Shown: one piece after another, positions 13,791 through 24,999 of the stretch
Layout: each line of letters starts with the position of its first letter
How positions within the stretch are numbered: position 1 is the stretch's first letter
Assembly (NCBI GenBank): GCA_000934665.2
Contig: JYFJ02003022.1
Coordinates: forward strand, 1 to 47,384
Length of the DNA: 47,384 nt
Direction of reading: 5' to 3'
From: Catajapyx aquilonaris
Taxonomy: Eukaryota
Notes under the pieces: generated by a model
Databases searched by the model: none
What the model was told of the DNA's origin: nothing
Seen by the model: the letters and a program-made list of their open reading frames with translations, nothing else
Translations under genes and position numbers: made by a program

Positions 13791-16700
13791 ATGACGAGTC
13801 GCCAAAGACATTGCTGGTGGTCGAGTACGAAGATCCAGACGCCGCATTGCTAGAAAAACCAAAGACCAAACGGGAAGCGAACGACACGAGGCCAGTATAC
13901 TCAGTACGCAACAAGGTCCTGTTCTTCCGGTCACCAACAGGACGGAACAACACGGCGTTCAGGATACTTCGAAGGAGACGACCTCAGCAGCAAGTGCAAG
14001 ACACGACCGAACCTCAGCCTCCTGATCTGCAGGCTGCAGGATCCAGAGAGTTTCCACGACTGGAAGAACTGGAAGAGCAGGAAGATGGTGATTTTACCAC
14101 GGTGTCGCTTCTTCTGGAGGACATCGTGGAGGACGGAAGCGGAAATGTACGAGGACAAGTGCGGTTTGAGGCGACCGAACCATCTCCCAGGAACTACTAC
14201 AGGAAGCGGTTCCAGTCTAGAGCCACCACCACTGAATCGGTTTTAAGCAGCTCGCAACAACCGTCGGTACCGTCGTTTCCGTTCAGGTCGTTCAGAAATG
14301 GGGGGCTTCGTAACGGGTCACGTAATCCAGGACTGCCCTATTCGACCTACGGCACCAGGCTTAGGTCAAGGTTAGGGACACCCGATACCGAACCGCAGAG
14401 TAGTGACAAGAACAATGTGGAGGAGACGGTCACCACCCAGGACGAACTGTCCTTGTTGTCGCAAGGACAGGACAGCCAGTTGAGGAACTCTAGGCATAGC
14501 ACGACCGGCAGTAGAGGTCAGGAGGTCACCCAGAAGGTGCCGGAGCTGAGACGTTATGTGTACAACGCGAGTGGTACCAGCAGTACCACCGAGAGTAGTG
14601 TGTCGCCGATTCTGAGAAGGTTCAAACCAAGGCAGCCAATACAAAGGACGAGGATTAGGTAAGACAGGACAGAACTTATGCTGCGCGAGTGTGGGTGCGC
14701 ACTCGATCGTTGCCTAAAATTGCGGGCGTTTCGTATATCTTGATGGGATATGTATCATTGTGGGACTTATTATTTCACAGGTACAGGTCGACGACAGCGG
14801 CGCCGTCGACGGTGGTACCGTTGGAGCAGGAACAGAATGACAACAGGTCAAGGTTCACCTTTCCTCCGAGGAACAAGCAGCGTGTGCCGCAGTTTATAAG
14901 GCGAAAGTTTGTGAAGGAGCCGTCGGAGGAAACGTCGACGATCGTACCTGCAGGTTCGTCAACGTCAACGGCTGTGACCACCACGGAGGGTGCGGGTACG
15001 AGCAGTCGAAGACCTGGTCGTCCGGGTGTCAGAAGAGTGCTGATTAGGAAGAGACCACGGTGGAGACCGACAACACCGCCACCGACAGACACCGATGTTA
15101 CGAACACTGAAACGGATGATACGCCAACGCCTTCGGTGACGTCTCATACCTCAACGTCGGTCAGCGTGGTGGTCAGTCACTCCGAGAGTATCACCACCTT
15201 GTCTCCACACCATGACCATACCACGTCCGGTAATCGAGTTGAAGACGATGCTGACGTTGTGTACCGAGTGTTAGACCATGCTCCGTACAACACCGACGGA
15301 GACAGGCACACGACGTTGGACAGCACCACCGGAAGCGAGGATACGGACTACAAGATGACGGCTCTACCTCCGCTGGTACGCACCTCGGTGTCGTACCGCA
15401 TCACCACCAGCAGCTCGTCGAATCCGGAGAGCACCAACGGACATCGCATTTACTACGACGGCGTCGACGACAAGACCACCACCAATCCCAGCATCACGTC
15501 ATTCACATACCCTGAAACGACAGTCCAGTTCACAGCCATACCATCGTCAGATCCAGAGACCAATGTGGAAGACGGCGGAAGCACATCTACCGTATGGTCC
15601 ACCGTCGGTACCGACCCGTCAACGACCACCAGGGCCAAGGACAAAGACGCAACACTACTAAAGGAGAAAGGTCAGCACAAGAAGAGGCCCGGCAATCACG
15701 GAAAGAACAATCTTCACATCAACGACATCGAGTACGCCAGCAGCGAAAAGCAGATGCCAAACATGACCGTCATCATCATCGTCGGGGCCATCGTCGCAGG
15801 TCTCATCATTCTTGGCATTGTCGTCGGCGTCGTCCTGATCTACGTCCAGAGGAAGAAAAGGGTATGTGTACGTACACAATCTTACTTCAATCGCTCACTA
15901 AATGTAATTTAAACTTATTCATTTATTTATTTACTTATTTATTTGATACTAACCGAGAAAAGTATTCATCTGGGGGAATTATTTTGAATAATTTCATTTA
16001 CTTTTTGGCTTGAATTATTTAGCCAAAATATGTCACTTTTTCAATTTGTATAAGTAGTATTAATAATCACAATTATTTTTCAGGCGATTGGACTTGAGGA
16101 ATCGGACACATCATCTGAATTCAACCATAGGCACAGCAAATCATCGGAAGTCCCTTCCAGCACAGTGGTGGGCACCTTGGCTACTAAGCTTCCCCGGATA
16201 TCACACGTCGTGAGTGACCTTCGAGAGGTCAACGCATCTCCTCAAGCTACAGAGATTACTCACCCTTTCTTTTCTTCTTTTTTTTCTCCCTAATTCCTAA
16301 TTCCAGAACTGGGAACCAGCTGAGTTGAAACCCTCGCCATGGGAGTTTCCAAGAGAGAAGTTGCGCCTCCAAACCATTTTGGGACAGGGCAACTTTGGTC
16401 AGGTACGCTATACTACGTGACATGACCTTGCAATTGCGCAGTCGAAAGCGAAGGGCATTACTCGTCAAGCTTGTCGTCATTGTTTTGTAGATGTCCCCAA
16501 TTCTACTATATTTATTTGAGTCATAAGTCCTGGTTTCCAGTGCCACATTCAGAATCAAATATGGCTGCCATGCGCAATGCCATTATTTATTTATCTATTT
16601 ATTTAAAACTAACGGTGCCCATTGGCCCAACAATTTATGAAATATTCAGAATTTTCTGAAATTTGTTAACCATACAAAATTTGGGATTGCCCTCACATTT

Positions 16701-18624
16701 TGGTCTATTAGAGAAGACCACAGGGTTTGGAGTCTGTCTGCTCTTGAAAATCTCCTCCTCCTCCTGATGATGATGATGATGATGGCTTGCCCTTGCTCAG
16801 ACTGCTCATCACGAAAAATTCCATGTCAAAGGAGAAAACAGGCTGAGCTGGTCCTTCCCGTTTTCTTCTCTTGTGCATCATCCAGGTCTGGAAGGCCGAG
16901 GCCGAGGGCTTGGGAAGTGGTGGAGGCAGCAGCAGCAGTGGTAATGGAGGGTCAGGAGGAGGTGCCCCAGTGCCAGTGGCCGTCAAGATGGTCAAGGAGC
17001 AGGCCAGCGTCAGAGAGAAGCAGAGTCTGCTCAGGGAAATTGCTATCATGCAACAGATTGGAAGCCACACAAACGTGGTCTCGTTGCTAGGGTGTTGCAC
17101 CCAAAAAGGTGAGGGTTCAACAACATGACAACAAAACCAGCAACTAAATGGACCTGAAATATCATTACACTGAAACTGCAAATAATGAGATTAGAAAAAA
17201 AAAATTAATGACATTTGCACAAAAAAAATCTGCTTATCTGAGCCATCTAACCAACCAAATTGCTCTTGAAATGACTTCACATTCCGCCAATTCATGGTGA
17301 CATTTTTGCGTTTGTGTGGTAAGTAATCAAGGGCGAGTTTGAAACATTAAAAATCACTTAGGTTGTATTTAGAAGACTGCTCCCACGTTTTAGGTCAGGT
17401 AAAAAAATGACATTAGATTCATCACGAATTTCAAGGTTGTCCAACTAGTCAAGGTTTTGTCCTTGTTTGTTTCAGTCGCCAAATTAATTCTGGGCGATTT
17501 TTTTGCACACCGATTGCAATTTATTGAGAGGACATAAGAATCACGTAATGACCATTATTACACCACGGGCCGCCCAGTTATTCTTTTCATTTTATTCCGA
17601 CCTAGGTTTCCCACAGAAAGTTGTTGGAAAAAGTGTCTAATTTGCGAAACTCCAAATGTGCAAACAATTGGGAGCGTCAATTATGAAGGATAAGAACAGT
17701 CATTATCATTAATACTATACGTTCGACTCATATCGCTTGAGGAAACAGAGCATGACGTGTAGAGGTCGAGGCGCCGAACTTTTTTGCAAACAAAAAAAAA
17801 TCACATGTGAACCACACACCCACACACCTGAAATCTGCAAAATATAATTTACGGAGCTTTTTGCAAAATACGACATTTGAATTCGGTTGAACGACCACAT
17901 TAATTTTACGTAGAAGCGGTTACCCTTGGGGCCACCGGAAGAAATTTTTAAAGTTATTCGTTATACCCCCTATGTGTATACACCTGCGAGGCAAAAATTG
18001 TGCAAACTTTCTTTTTCGCACAGGAAACTGCGCGTTTGTTTTCCCCCTCCACTTTTAGCAGAACCTCCCGGAGAAAGTGAGGTGGAGAAGAAAAGGTTTA
18101 TTGTTACAAGTCAGTTATTTGCCGAAGGGACCGCCAAGCGAATTGTTGTTGTATTTTTTTTTTCTTCGCTGGAAACACGAACTGGATGATTTACTAGACA
18201 TCTCTAGATCCTCCAGATGAAACGTGACACCTGAAAAGACAATGCAATAATGTGTACAAATTATGCAAGAGGCTGCCGCCATAAATTAGCGGTACTAATA
18301 AGTTTTTTATTGCTCTAGTAATTTGATGTATGTCTCATTAGGAACGTATATCATGTACTATGTACCATGCCATATATTATTACTAATACAAAAAATTAGT
18401 ACCGTAATAAAATAATTAAAAACTAACTAGTGATGAATTAAAATGTATTTAAATTAAATTACGATTCTTAATTAAAATAATTAAATTAATACAAAAATAT
18501 GAAAAAATAACATCGTAATATATTAATAATAATATAATAAATATAAATAATAAAATATAAAATAAATTTAAAACTATTAAAAATATTACTAAATAATTAA
18601 TAACAGACTGTAGCATATGATATG

Positions 18625-18683
<59 letters not shown>

Positions 18684-20408
18684 TACTGTGCAAGTGTGCA
18701 TAATAAACTTAGCAATGTTTTGTTATAGTGTATAATCGATTCTATTATAACAACATTATAATAATTTAATTGTAATGAATATGTAGCACAATTATGCAAC
18801 AGGTGTCAGGTATCATTTAGTGACAGTAATCAGTAATTTTTTTGTACCACTAATTTAAAGGTGCCTAAACGTCATTAGTAACGTGACTCTTGATCGTATC
18901 GATGTTAACCTTGCGTTGTGTTGAATATATACCGACACCCGACTCTCATTAGCAAGATAGCGTCAATTGGCACAATTTTGTACTGTACGCCCATGCACGC
19001 AGTGACACAGATCATTGGAGCATATCCAAAAAATTCCACCCGGATCAAAAACCCTATTTCTGTATAGGGTGATACTTTATTGCACCGACCTTCAAATATG
19101 ATGCATAAGATTGCAATAGAAAGCAGATTGCCTTCAGTCAGAAACGTAACTTGATAACTGATTTATTTACGCACCTCTGTGCAAAAGGGGTTAAGTGAGA
19201 AATGTACTGCAGGTGAAGTGTGATTCTATCTCCCTTTTTTTTTGTGTATGTTAGAACCTTACTTCCTGATCATGGAGTACGTGAGGTTTGGCAAGTTGCT
19301 GACCTTCCTTCGGGATCATCGCAACGGGCAGGAACCTCACACTGTTCCGAAAACCATGGAGGAACTGTCTTCGTACGATCTGATCCGCTTCACTCAATCC
19401 GTTGCCAACGGAATGGAGTTCATTGCCTCAAAGGGGGTGAGAAAAACGATTTTTTTTCCTTGTATATGAAAGCACCGTGTGAAGTAAACAAATTGCTCAA
19501 ATTTTTTTTGTGGAACCGTCTTTGTACAGATTATTCATCGGGACTTGGCAGCCAGGAACGTGCTTATAGACCACAACAAGGTGGCCAAAATTGCGGATTT
19601 TGGGCTGTCCAGGAATCTAAGAGAGGCTATGGATGAGATGTATGAGCAGAGAGGAAAGGTGAGGTTTTTGTTATCTTCAAGGGATTAATGATAAACGTCT
19701 GGTAAAAGGATTAATAACCTTATTAGATTATCTACGTATCTCGAGGTAAGCCTGCAGGCTATGTGCTGTTACCTGGCGAAAGTTGGTGAAAAAAATTATA
19801 AGTAATAAGCTCCAATTGCAAAACAAACAGACTTTCACTATGCTGAAAATTATTGCAAGTATATCAGTTTCTCTCATATTATGTAGGGGTGAATTTCTGT
19901 ACATATTGTAAGCTAATAACTAAATGTGTTTTTATAGGGAGCTCTCCCCATCCGATGGATGGCGCCAGAATCTCTATTCCTCAACATATTCAGCCCAAAA
20001 TCTGACGTGTGGGCATTTGGGATACTCATGTGGGAGATAATCACACTGGGTAAGTCAATCGCCATTTTTTTGTTCATACTGTATAAAATAAAAATTAGCA
20101 ACATTTTTATAAATTGCTTTGTGTCTTCAGGTTCCACGCCATATCCCGGATTGGGTGCCAGAGAAGTGATGAGGAGGGTACGGGAAGGGTACCGTCTAGA
20201 GAGGCCTTCACACTGTAGACCTGACTTCTACAGGCTGATCACTCGTTGCTGGCATTCGGACATGAACCGACGACCAGACTTCACCGATCTGTCGGCCGAA
20301 CTCAGGCACTTCCAGACACAGGAGTCGGATTGCATCGACCTGGCCAACTTTCCAAAGCACATCTACTTCCATATGACACAGAGGACAACAGATGATGAGA
20401 AGCTGTAA
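13791..20408 (+). CDS. Tie: Receptor tyrosine kinase, Tie-like (arthropod Tie/Cad96Ca group); 5' signal-peptide exon(s) not located
   Basis: Hand-spliced exons 13791-14658, 14781-15861, 16084-16209, 16307-16402, 16886-17108, 19255-19436, 19530-19658, 19938-20049, 20131-20408, all GT-AG and phase-consistent (about 1030 codons). Ser/Thr/Arg-rich ectodomain, TM helix [26 protein letters not shown] then QRKKR, kinase motifs [80 protein letters not shown] identity is certain; Tie orthology (GNFGQVWKAEA, KGALPIRW, no cadherin domain seen) is from memory and less sure. Confidence 0.85.
18628..18682. repeat. (TAA)n microsatellite, about 18 units, in an extremely AT-rich intron segment
   Basis: Direct reading; explains the spurious poly-Ile ORF. 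Confidence 0.95.
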
Positions 20409-21808
20409 TATTTTCCCCTGTAATATCCTTTTTCAACCCTCCTAGTCTTCCGAGCTGGGGTTCAAACTGGGTTCGTTGTCGTTGTGTGTACAAAGCCAAC
20501 GACGCAGATGTGAACCAAGCATCCCTCCAAATATGACGATTGTAAAGATGTGTGAAGCTACAAGTGAAAAGTGTGCCACGTTATACCAAGTGGAACGTTT
20601 GAAAAAAAATGTTGTTTTTTTCCTTCGTTTTCTACCACCAAGAGTAGCAGTGAAATTGTGCAGATAAAGTGTAAAAAAATTTATAAAGACTGCAATCATT
20701 ATGGTAGAGTAATATTGTGACAGACGTAGAATAAAACAGATTGAAAGCTGGTCGATGTCTTTGACCTCTTCCTATATAAGAACTAGAGATCACGATCACT
20801 CTAATTTGACCGTGAGTTTGCGGGGTTTGAAAAGTGCCAATTAAATTTCCTGTTGTGCATGTCAAGTGCACTGGTTTGTTTGTTGCCTGAAGGTCGCAAA
20901 TTCCAAGAAAGCGATGGAAATGGGCCCCTATTCATGCTCATCATCATCCTGACCTGTAGGCAATTCGTGCTGGATGATGGCAGGTCAGGATGGATAATTA
21001 GGATGCCTTGGAGGGACCATTTTCAAAAATCTTGATGGGGCTTCCTTCATTCAGGAGGTGTAATTAGAGGGATAAGAATCGGCTTAGAGTAACGCATTTC
21101 GGTAATTTTATGTTTCCGGAATTTGTGGGGGTTCGATTATTATAATGAGTGTGTGCAAAAAAAGGCAGGTAGTAATAAAGGTGTAACAGTATTTAAATCC
21201 CTCATGTTTCAGAATATGTAGCTGACATTCGTAGGCTCTATCAAGAGGTGCCAGAATCGCGATAGTTCAGTTCGAGTTTTTTGTTTCAAATAATATTAAA
21301 TAAAAAGTGTAACTCATTTTGTGCCTAATTAGGTTCCCACTTTTGAAACCCGAACTTGAAATCGCGCTTTTGCAAAAATAAAAATCAACCTAAAATGGCC
21401 ACAAGGTTAGAAGAACTTGAAAATATATTTACACAATTTTTCAGCAGTTAAAATGTGGTTAATTTTTAGAATCGCATACTATTCCTTAGACTTGATATTA
21501 TTTGAGTAAATACAAGTACTTGTTCTCCTTGGTACGTTTCATTTTGTCTGACCTTTGGGTTTGACCTAGGGGCATTTAAAAAAAACACAAATTTCTCGAA
21601 AAAATATTGGTGTCATTCTGAATCAAATGGTCCGAAATTCTGCTAGACCATCTCGGATTTTGGTGGAAAAGATCACAGCTGTATAAACGCCTATTCCAGC
21701 CTATTTCATAATGCATAATAATTTATCTAGTTTCAGCGATATTTTGCAATACAGTGAGGAGGTGAAAAATCGCGAATGTTTGGAAAGGACCTAAAATGAG
21801 ACCTTTTT

Positions 21809-21928
21809 TGGACAATCCTCCACATTGGCTGGACCAAAGAGAGGTTCAGACGTGGACAAGCCTTCGTCCGAAAGCATCTGACCAGCGTCGTCCTGTCCGT
21901 GTTTGTGACCACCACGGCCACCTTCCTG
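21809..21928 (+). pseudogene. Short frameshifted fragment of the MpaB-like oxygenase gene
   Basis: Near-identical to 23981-24099 (DDPPHWLDKERFRRGQAFVRK...TTATFL) with a 1-nt insertion (ggaccaaaga vs ggacaaaga); no homologous flanks, start or stop. Confidence 0.85.
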
Positions 21929-22228
21929 AAAAATGACGGGAAGAATAATATCAGGCATCATAATGTTCATATGCCAGCAACTACATAGCAACAATTAATT
22001 TTAATTTTACTGATTTACTACATTCATGCTATGCATATTATAACCGTGTCTCTTATATCCATTATAGTCAATTTCAAATAGTCGTACCTATATGCAAATC
22101 GTAGTTATGTACACACTGTCATTCAGCACAACTACTCCGGTACAGCAATAATAATAATTATTATTATGAGGAATTGACATTTGCATCTGACCCTTTATTT
22201 GGCATTTTACTAATCGGTATGTGAGCTA

Positions 22229-22890
22229 CAGTCAAATCCCGATAACTCAAACCACCATCGGACCGAGAAAAAAATTCGCATTGTCGAATATGGTGGGGAA
22301 AACAGCACACGCACAAATTAAACACCTGCACAGTATGTCGTGTGTACTGTTTTTGTATATTGTACATGTACAGTATGGTTTATTGCTTTTATAGTGCTGA
22401 AATCCGTTTTATGGGTTATAAAACAGTCGGCCTACTGTGCAGTACAGTGTAGTCTCGAGCTTACTGTGTAGCCTCTGAGCTCTGACTGCTCTGAAGCAAA
22501 AGGCATGTCACCACCACAAAGGAATTCATGAGTCACTACCTACAGGAAAGGGAGCTTAAAACACATGGCTTTCAGAGGGCTTTGTGCATTTCTTCGCGGC
22601 TTATCGAGAATTAACAAGCTGGGGTGGAAATCTCCAAGAATGAATCGTATCACATGTTTGACCAACTTGAAACTAATTCCCCGGTGTTGAGAAAATTCGA
22701 ATTATTTATAGTGAAAATGCTGCGGAGTCACAAAATATATTCGACTTATCGAGAACATCGAGTTATACAAATTCGAGTTATCGGAATTCAATTTGCATTA
22801 CATATAGGGAGAATCCGCCATATCCCACATTTTCTTCGACATCGAGAATTTCTAGTTATCGGTATTCGGGGTTATGGCAGGATTTCACTG
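22229..22890. mobile_element. pogo/Tigger-like MITE (Tc1/mariner superfamily)
   Basis: TA|cagtcaaatcccgataactc ... gggttatggcaggatttcactg|TA imperfect TIRs with TA on both sides; subterminal cgagttat repeats at 22740-22865. Confidence 0.7.
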
Positions 22891-23320
22891 TATTAGTAAA
22901 TTGATTATCTCACTTTTCATCCTTATTTTCGAGACCATACTGGAATGTAACGACTATAGTGTCGCAGGCCGCTGCTCCTTTGCCATGATTGGTATAATTG
23001 TACGAATTCCGATCAATTTTGCTCCTTTCAGGATCACAAAAAATACTCCGCAAACAACAAAGATGCCTCTGAGGGAATAGGGTCGGAATAGGCCCAAAAC
23101 TCCCGAAATTAATTCAAAAAGTTCAAAAACTATCCTAATAAAGGCCAAATGGGCATAAAAAGGTGCAAAAAGCCAGAATAGGCAAAATAGTTCCAAAAAC
23201 CATGACATTGACAATTTTAGCCACTATAAAACCCTCATTTTCCACATCCTGCAAGGCTGCAATACTTATGAAAGGGTCTTCACAAAACCATTCTAACTGT
23301 CAAGGAACTGGATGAGCATT

Positions 23321-23510
23321 ACCGAAGTAGCAGTAGGTGAGGGGATATGGTATACGGCTGCTAATCGGGAGGTCCGGGATCAAATCCCGGGACCGGCAAC
23401 TCTGACCGTGGTTTTCTGTGGTTTCCCACGGTCCCTCCAGGAAAATTCCGGAGTTGTTTCCGTTATTAACAGGCCACAGCCGCTTCCTTCCATCCCTATC
23501 CCTTCCCAAA
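23321..23510 (+). mobile_element. tRNA-derived SINE
   Basis: A-box-like tagcagtaggtgagg, B-box-like gggatcaaatccc in a ccggg...cccgg stem, then gttttctgtggtttccc...ccaggaaaattccgg...aggccacagccgcttccttcc, which resembles the conserved central domain of insect SINEs. Confidence 0.7.
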
Positions 23511-23866
23511 AAGCGAAGTAAAAAGCAAAGAGTTCCTGACAAAAAAATTGTTGACTGCAGTCTAGCTCGGGTATCTCACTCGCAGTGCTCTTAGCCAATA
23601 CAACCTTATTGCAGTTGTATATAACTATTTTAAAGTTGTCCTCTGACGCTACTGTCATAACCTTGAGAAGGGAAGATTGATTGACAGTAATTAGCGGTCC
23701 TGAGAGTGGGTTACCAGCAGATAACACCTACGTACGTACGTAGTTCTTTACATAAAATCGTGGAATACATGCATGGCAATATATACATCATCCCACCCAG
23801 GTTTTTAAAAAATGAGCATTATTATCCAAAGGTGACGAGTTACGTAAATCCGAGAAAAATATTCCA

Positions 23867-23901
23867 TATATAACCACCAACACACCCAGACACTTCTCAG
23901 T
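23867..23901 (+). promoter_or_regulatory. TATA box and arthropod initiator of the 23911 gene
   Basis: TATATAA at 23867-23873 and TCAGT Inr at 23897-23901 (about 30 nt spacing), ATG at 23911; AATAAA at 25147-25152 downstream of the final stop. Confidence 0.65.
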
Positions 23902-23910
23902 CAGCTAATT

Positions 23911-24999
23911 ATGGAAACACCGATCAATTTCGAGTCGCTGCTGAAAGGCGCGACCGTTCCTTACGAGACAATCCATTCGATGGACGATCCTCCACATTGG
24001 CTGGACAAAGAGAGGTTCAGACGTGGACAAGCCTTCGTCCGAAAGAATCTGACCAGCGTGGTCCTGTCCGTGTTCTTGACCACCACGGCCACCTTCCTGT
24101 GGCCTCCAGTCCAAAGTGTCCAGGTCGCCTTTCGGAAGTTCGAAGAGCCGAAATTCCTGCCACGTCTGGCAGTGAGCACTTTGCTTCACTTCATGTCCTG
24201 GTTCGAAGGCGACATTTGGGATCCAGAGGACGATGAATACAAGATGCTGAAGGAAATGCAGTATCGTCATCGACAATTTGGGTGATACTCGAACAGGAAC
24301 CGGGACAAAGTGGACAACTCCAGGATGAATACAGAGAAGAGCAACTTGCTAGGGGAGTGCAGACTGGCAGATCATTTCCGGTTGGCCAATCAGTGCTCGT
24401 ACCCATTACCCGAGGGTCACCTGTACGTGAGCCAGTTGGATTTGGCCATGTTTGCGGTTCAGATTGCGCTACCTGTGATGCTGTATCCGGAGAGGATTGG
24501 GATCCACGGATCATCTGACGAGGAGATGGGAGACTTTGTGTACATGTGGAGGGTGCTGGGATATCACCACGGGATGGAAGACAGGTTCAATCCATTCTCG
24601 GGCGAATTGGATCAGACCAAGTCTGTCGCTGAAGAGGTGTCGAAGGTGTTTGCCAGGACTACGAGAGACTTTTCGGTGGAGAATGAGTACTTCTGGAGGT
24701 CTGTTATGCGCGCTATCCACATGGTGTCGCCTGTGTTTTACCTGCTTCGATTCGAAGCCATCATGCTGTTTACGTTCTGGAGCTTAGGACACTCCGATGA
24801 GATCCCAACGACGGTAACTAGAAGTGTGCAACTGTTTCCTAAAGTTTGCTTCAACGTTTTGAAGACCTTGTTTGGTGTGTTATGTCGTTTTAGGCCAGTG
24901 GTTAGTATGCTGAATTATGTAGTTCAGGCAATATTAAATGCATTGAAAAATGACTATAATAACAGGCATCATAAAGTTTCAGTTCCGAGATCTAAGTAG
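23911..24999 (+). pseudogene. Intronless ER-bound oxygenase MpaB/rubber oxygenase (Lcp)-like heme protein with one in-frame TGA at 24283-24285 (nonsense allele, young pseudogene or readthrough)
   Basis: ORFs 23911-24285 and 24310-24999 are in the same frame (363 codons in total) and colinear with the 44843 paralog. Family-type motifs PPHWLDKERFRRGQAF, MQYRH (putative heme His), SQLDL, PERIGIHG..EEMGDFVYMWRVLGYHHGMEDRFNPF. Confidence 0.75.

Noticed and set aside
18449..18799. Poly-Ile ORF resembling a membrane or mitochondrial protein
   Set aside because: Artefact of the (TAA)n microsatellite and AT-rich intron.
24282..24296. 15-nt GT...AG segment whose removal would delete the TGA in frame
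   Set aside because: Far too short for a spliceosomal intron and would delete residues conserved in the paralog (YSNR versus FANR).
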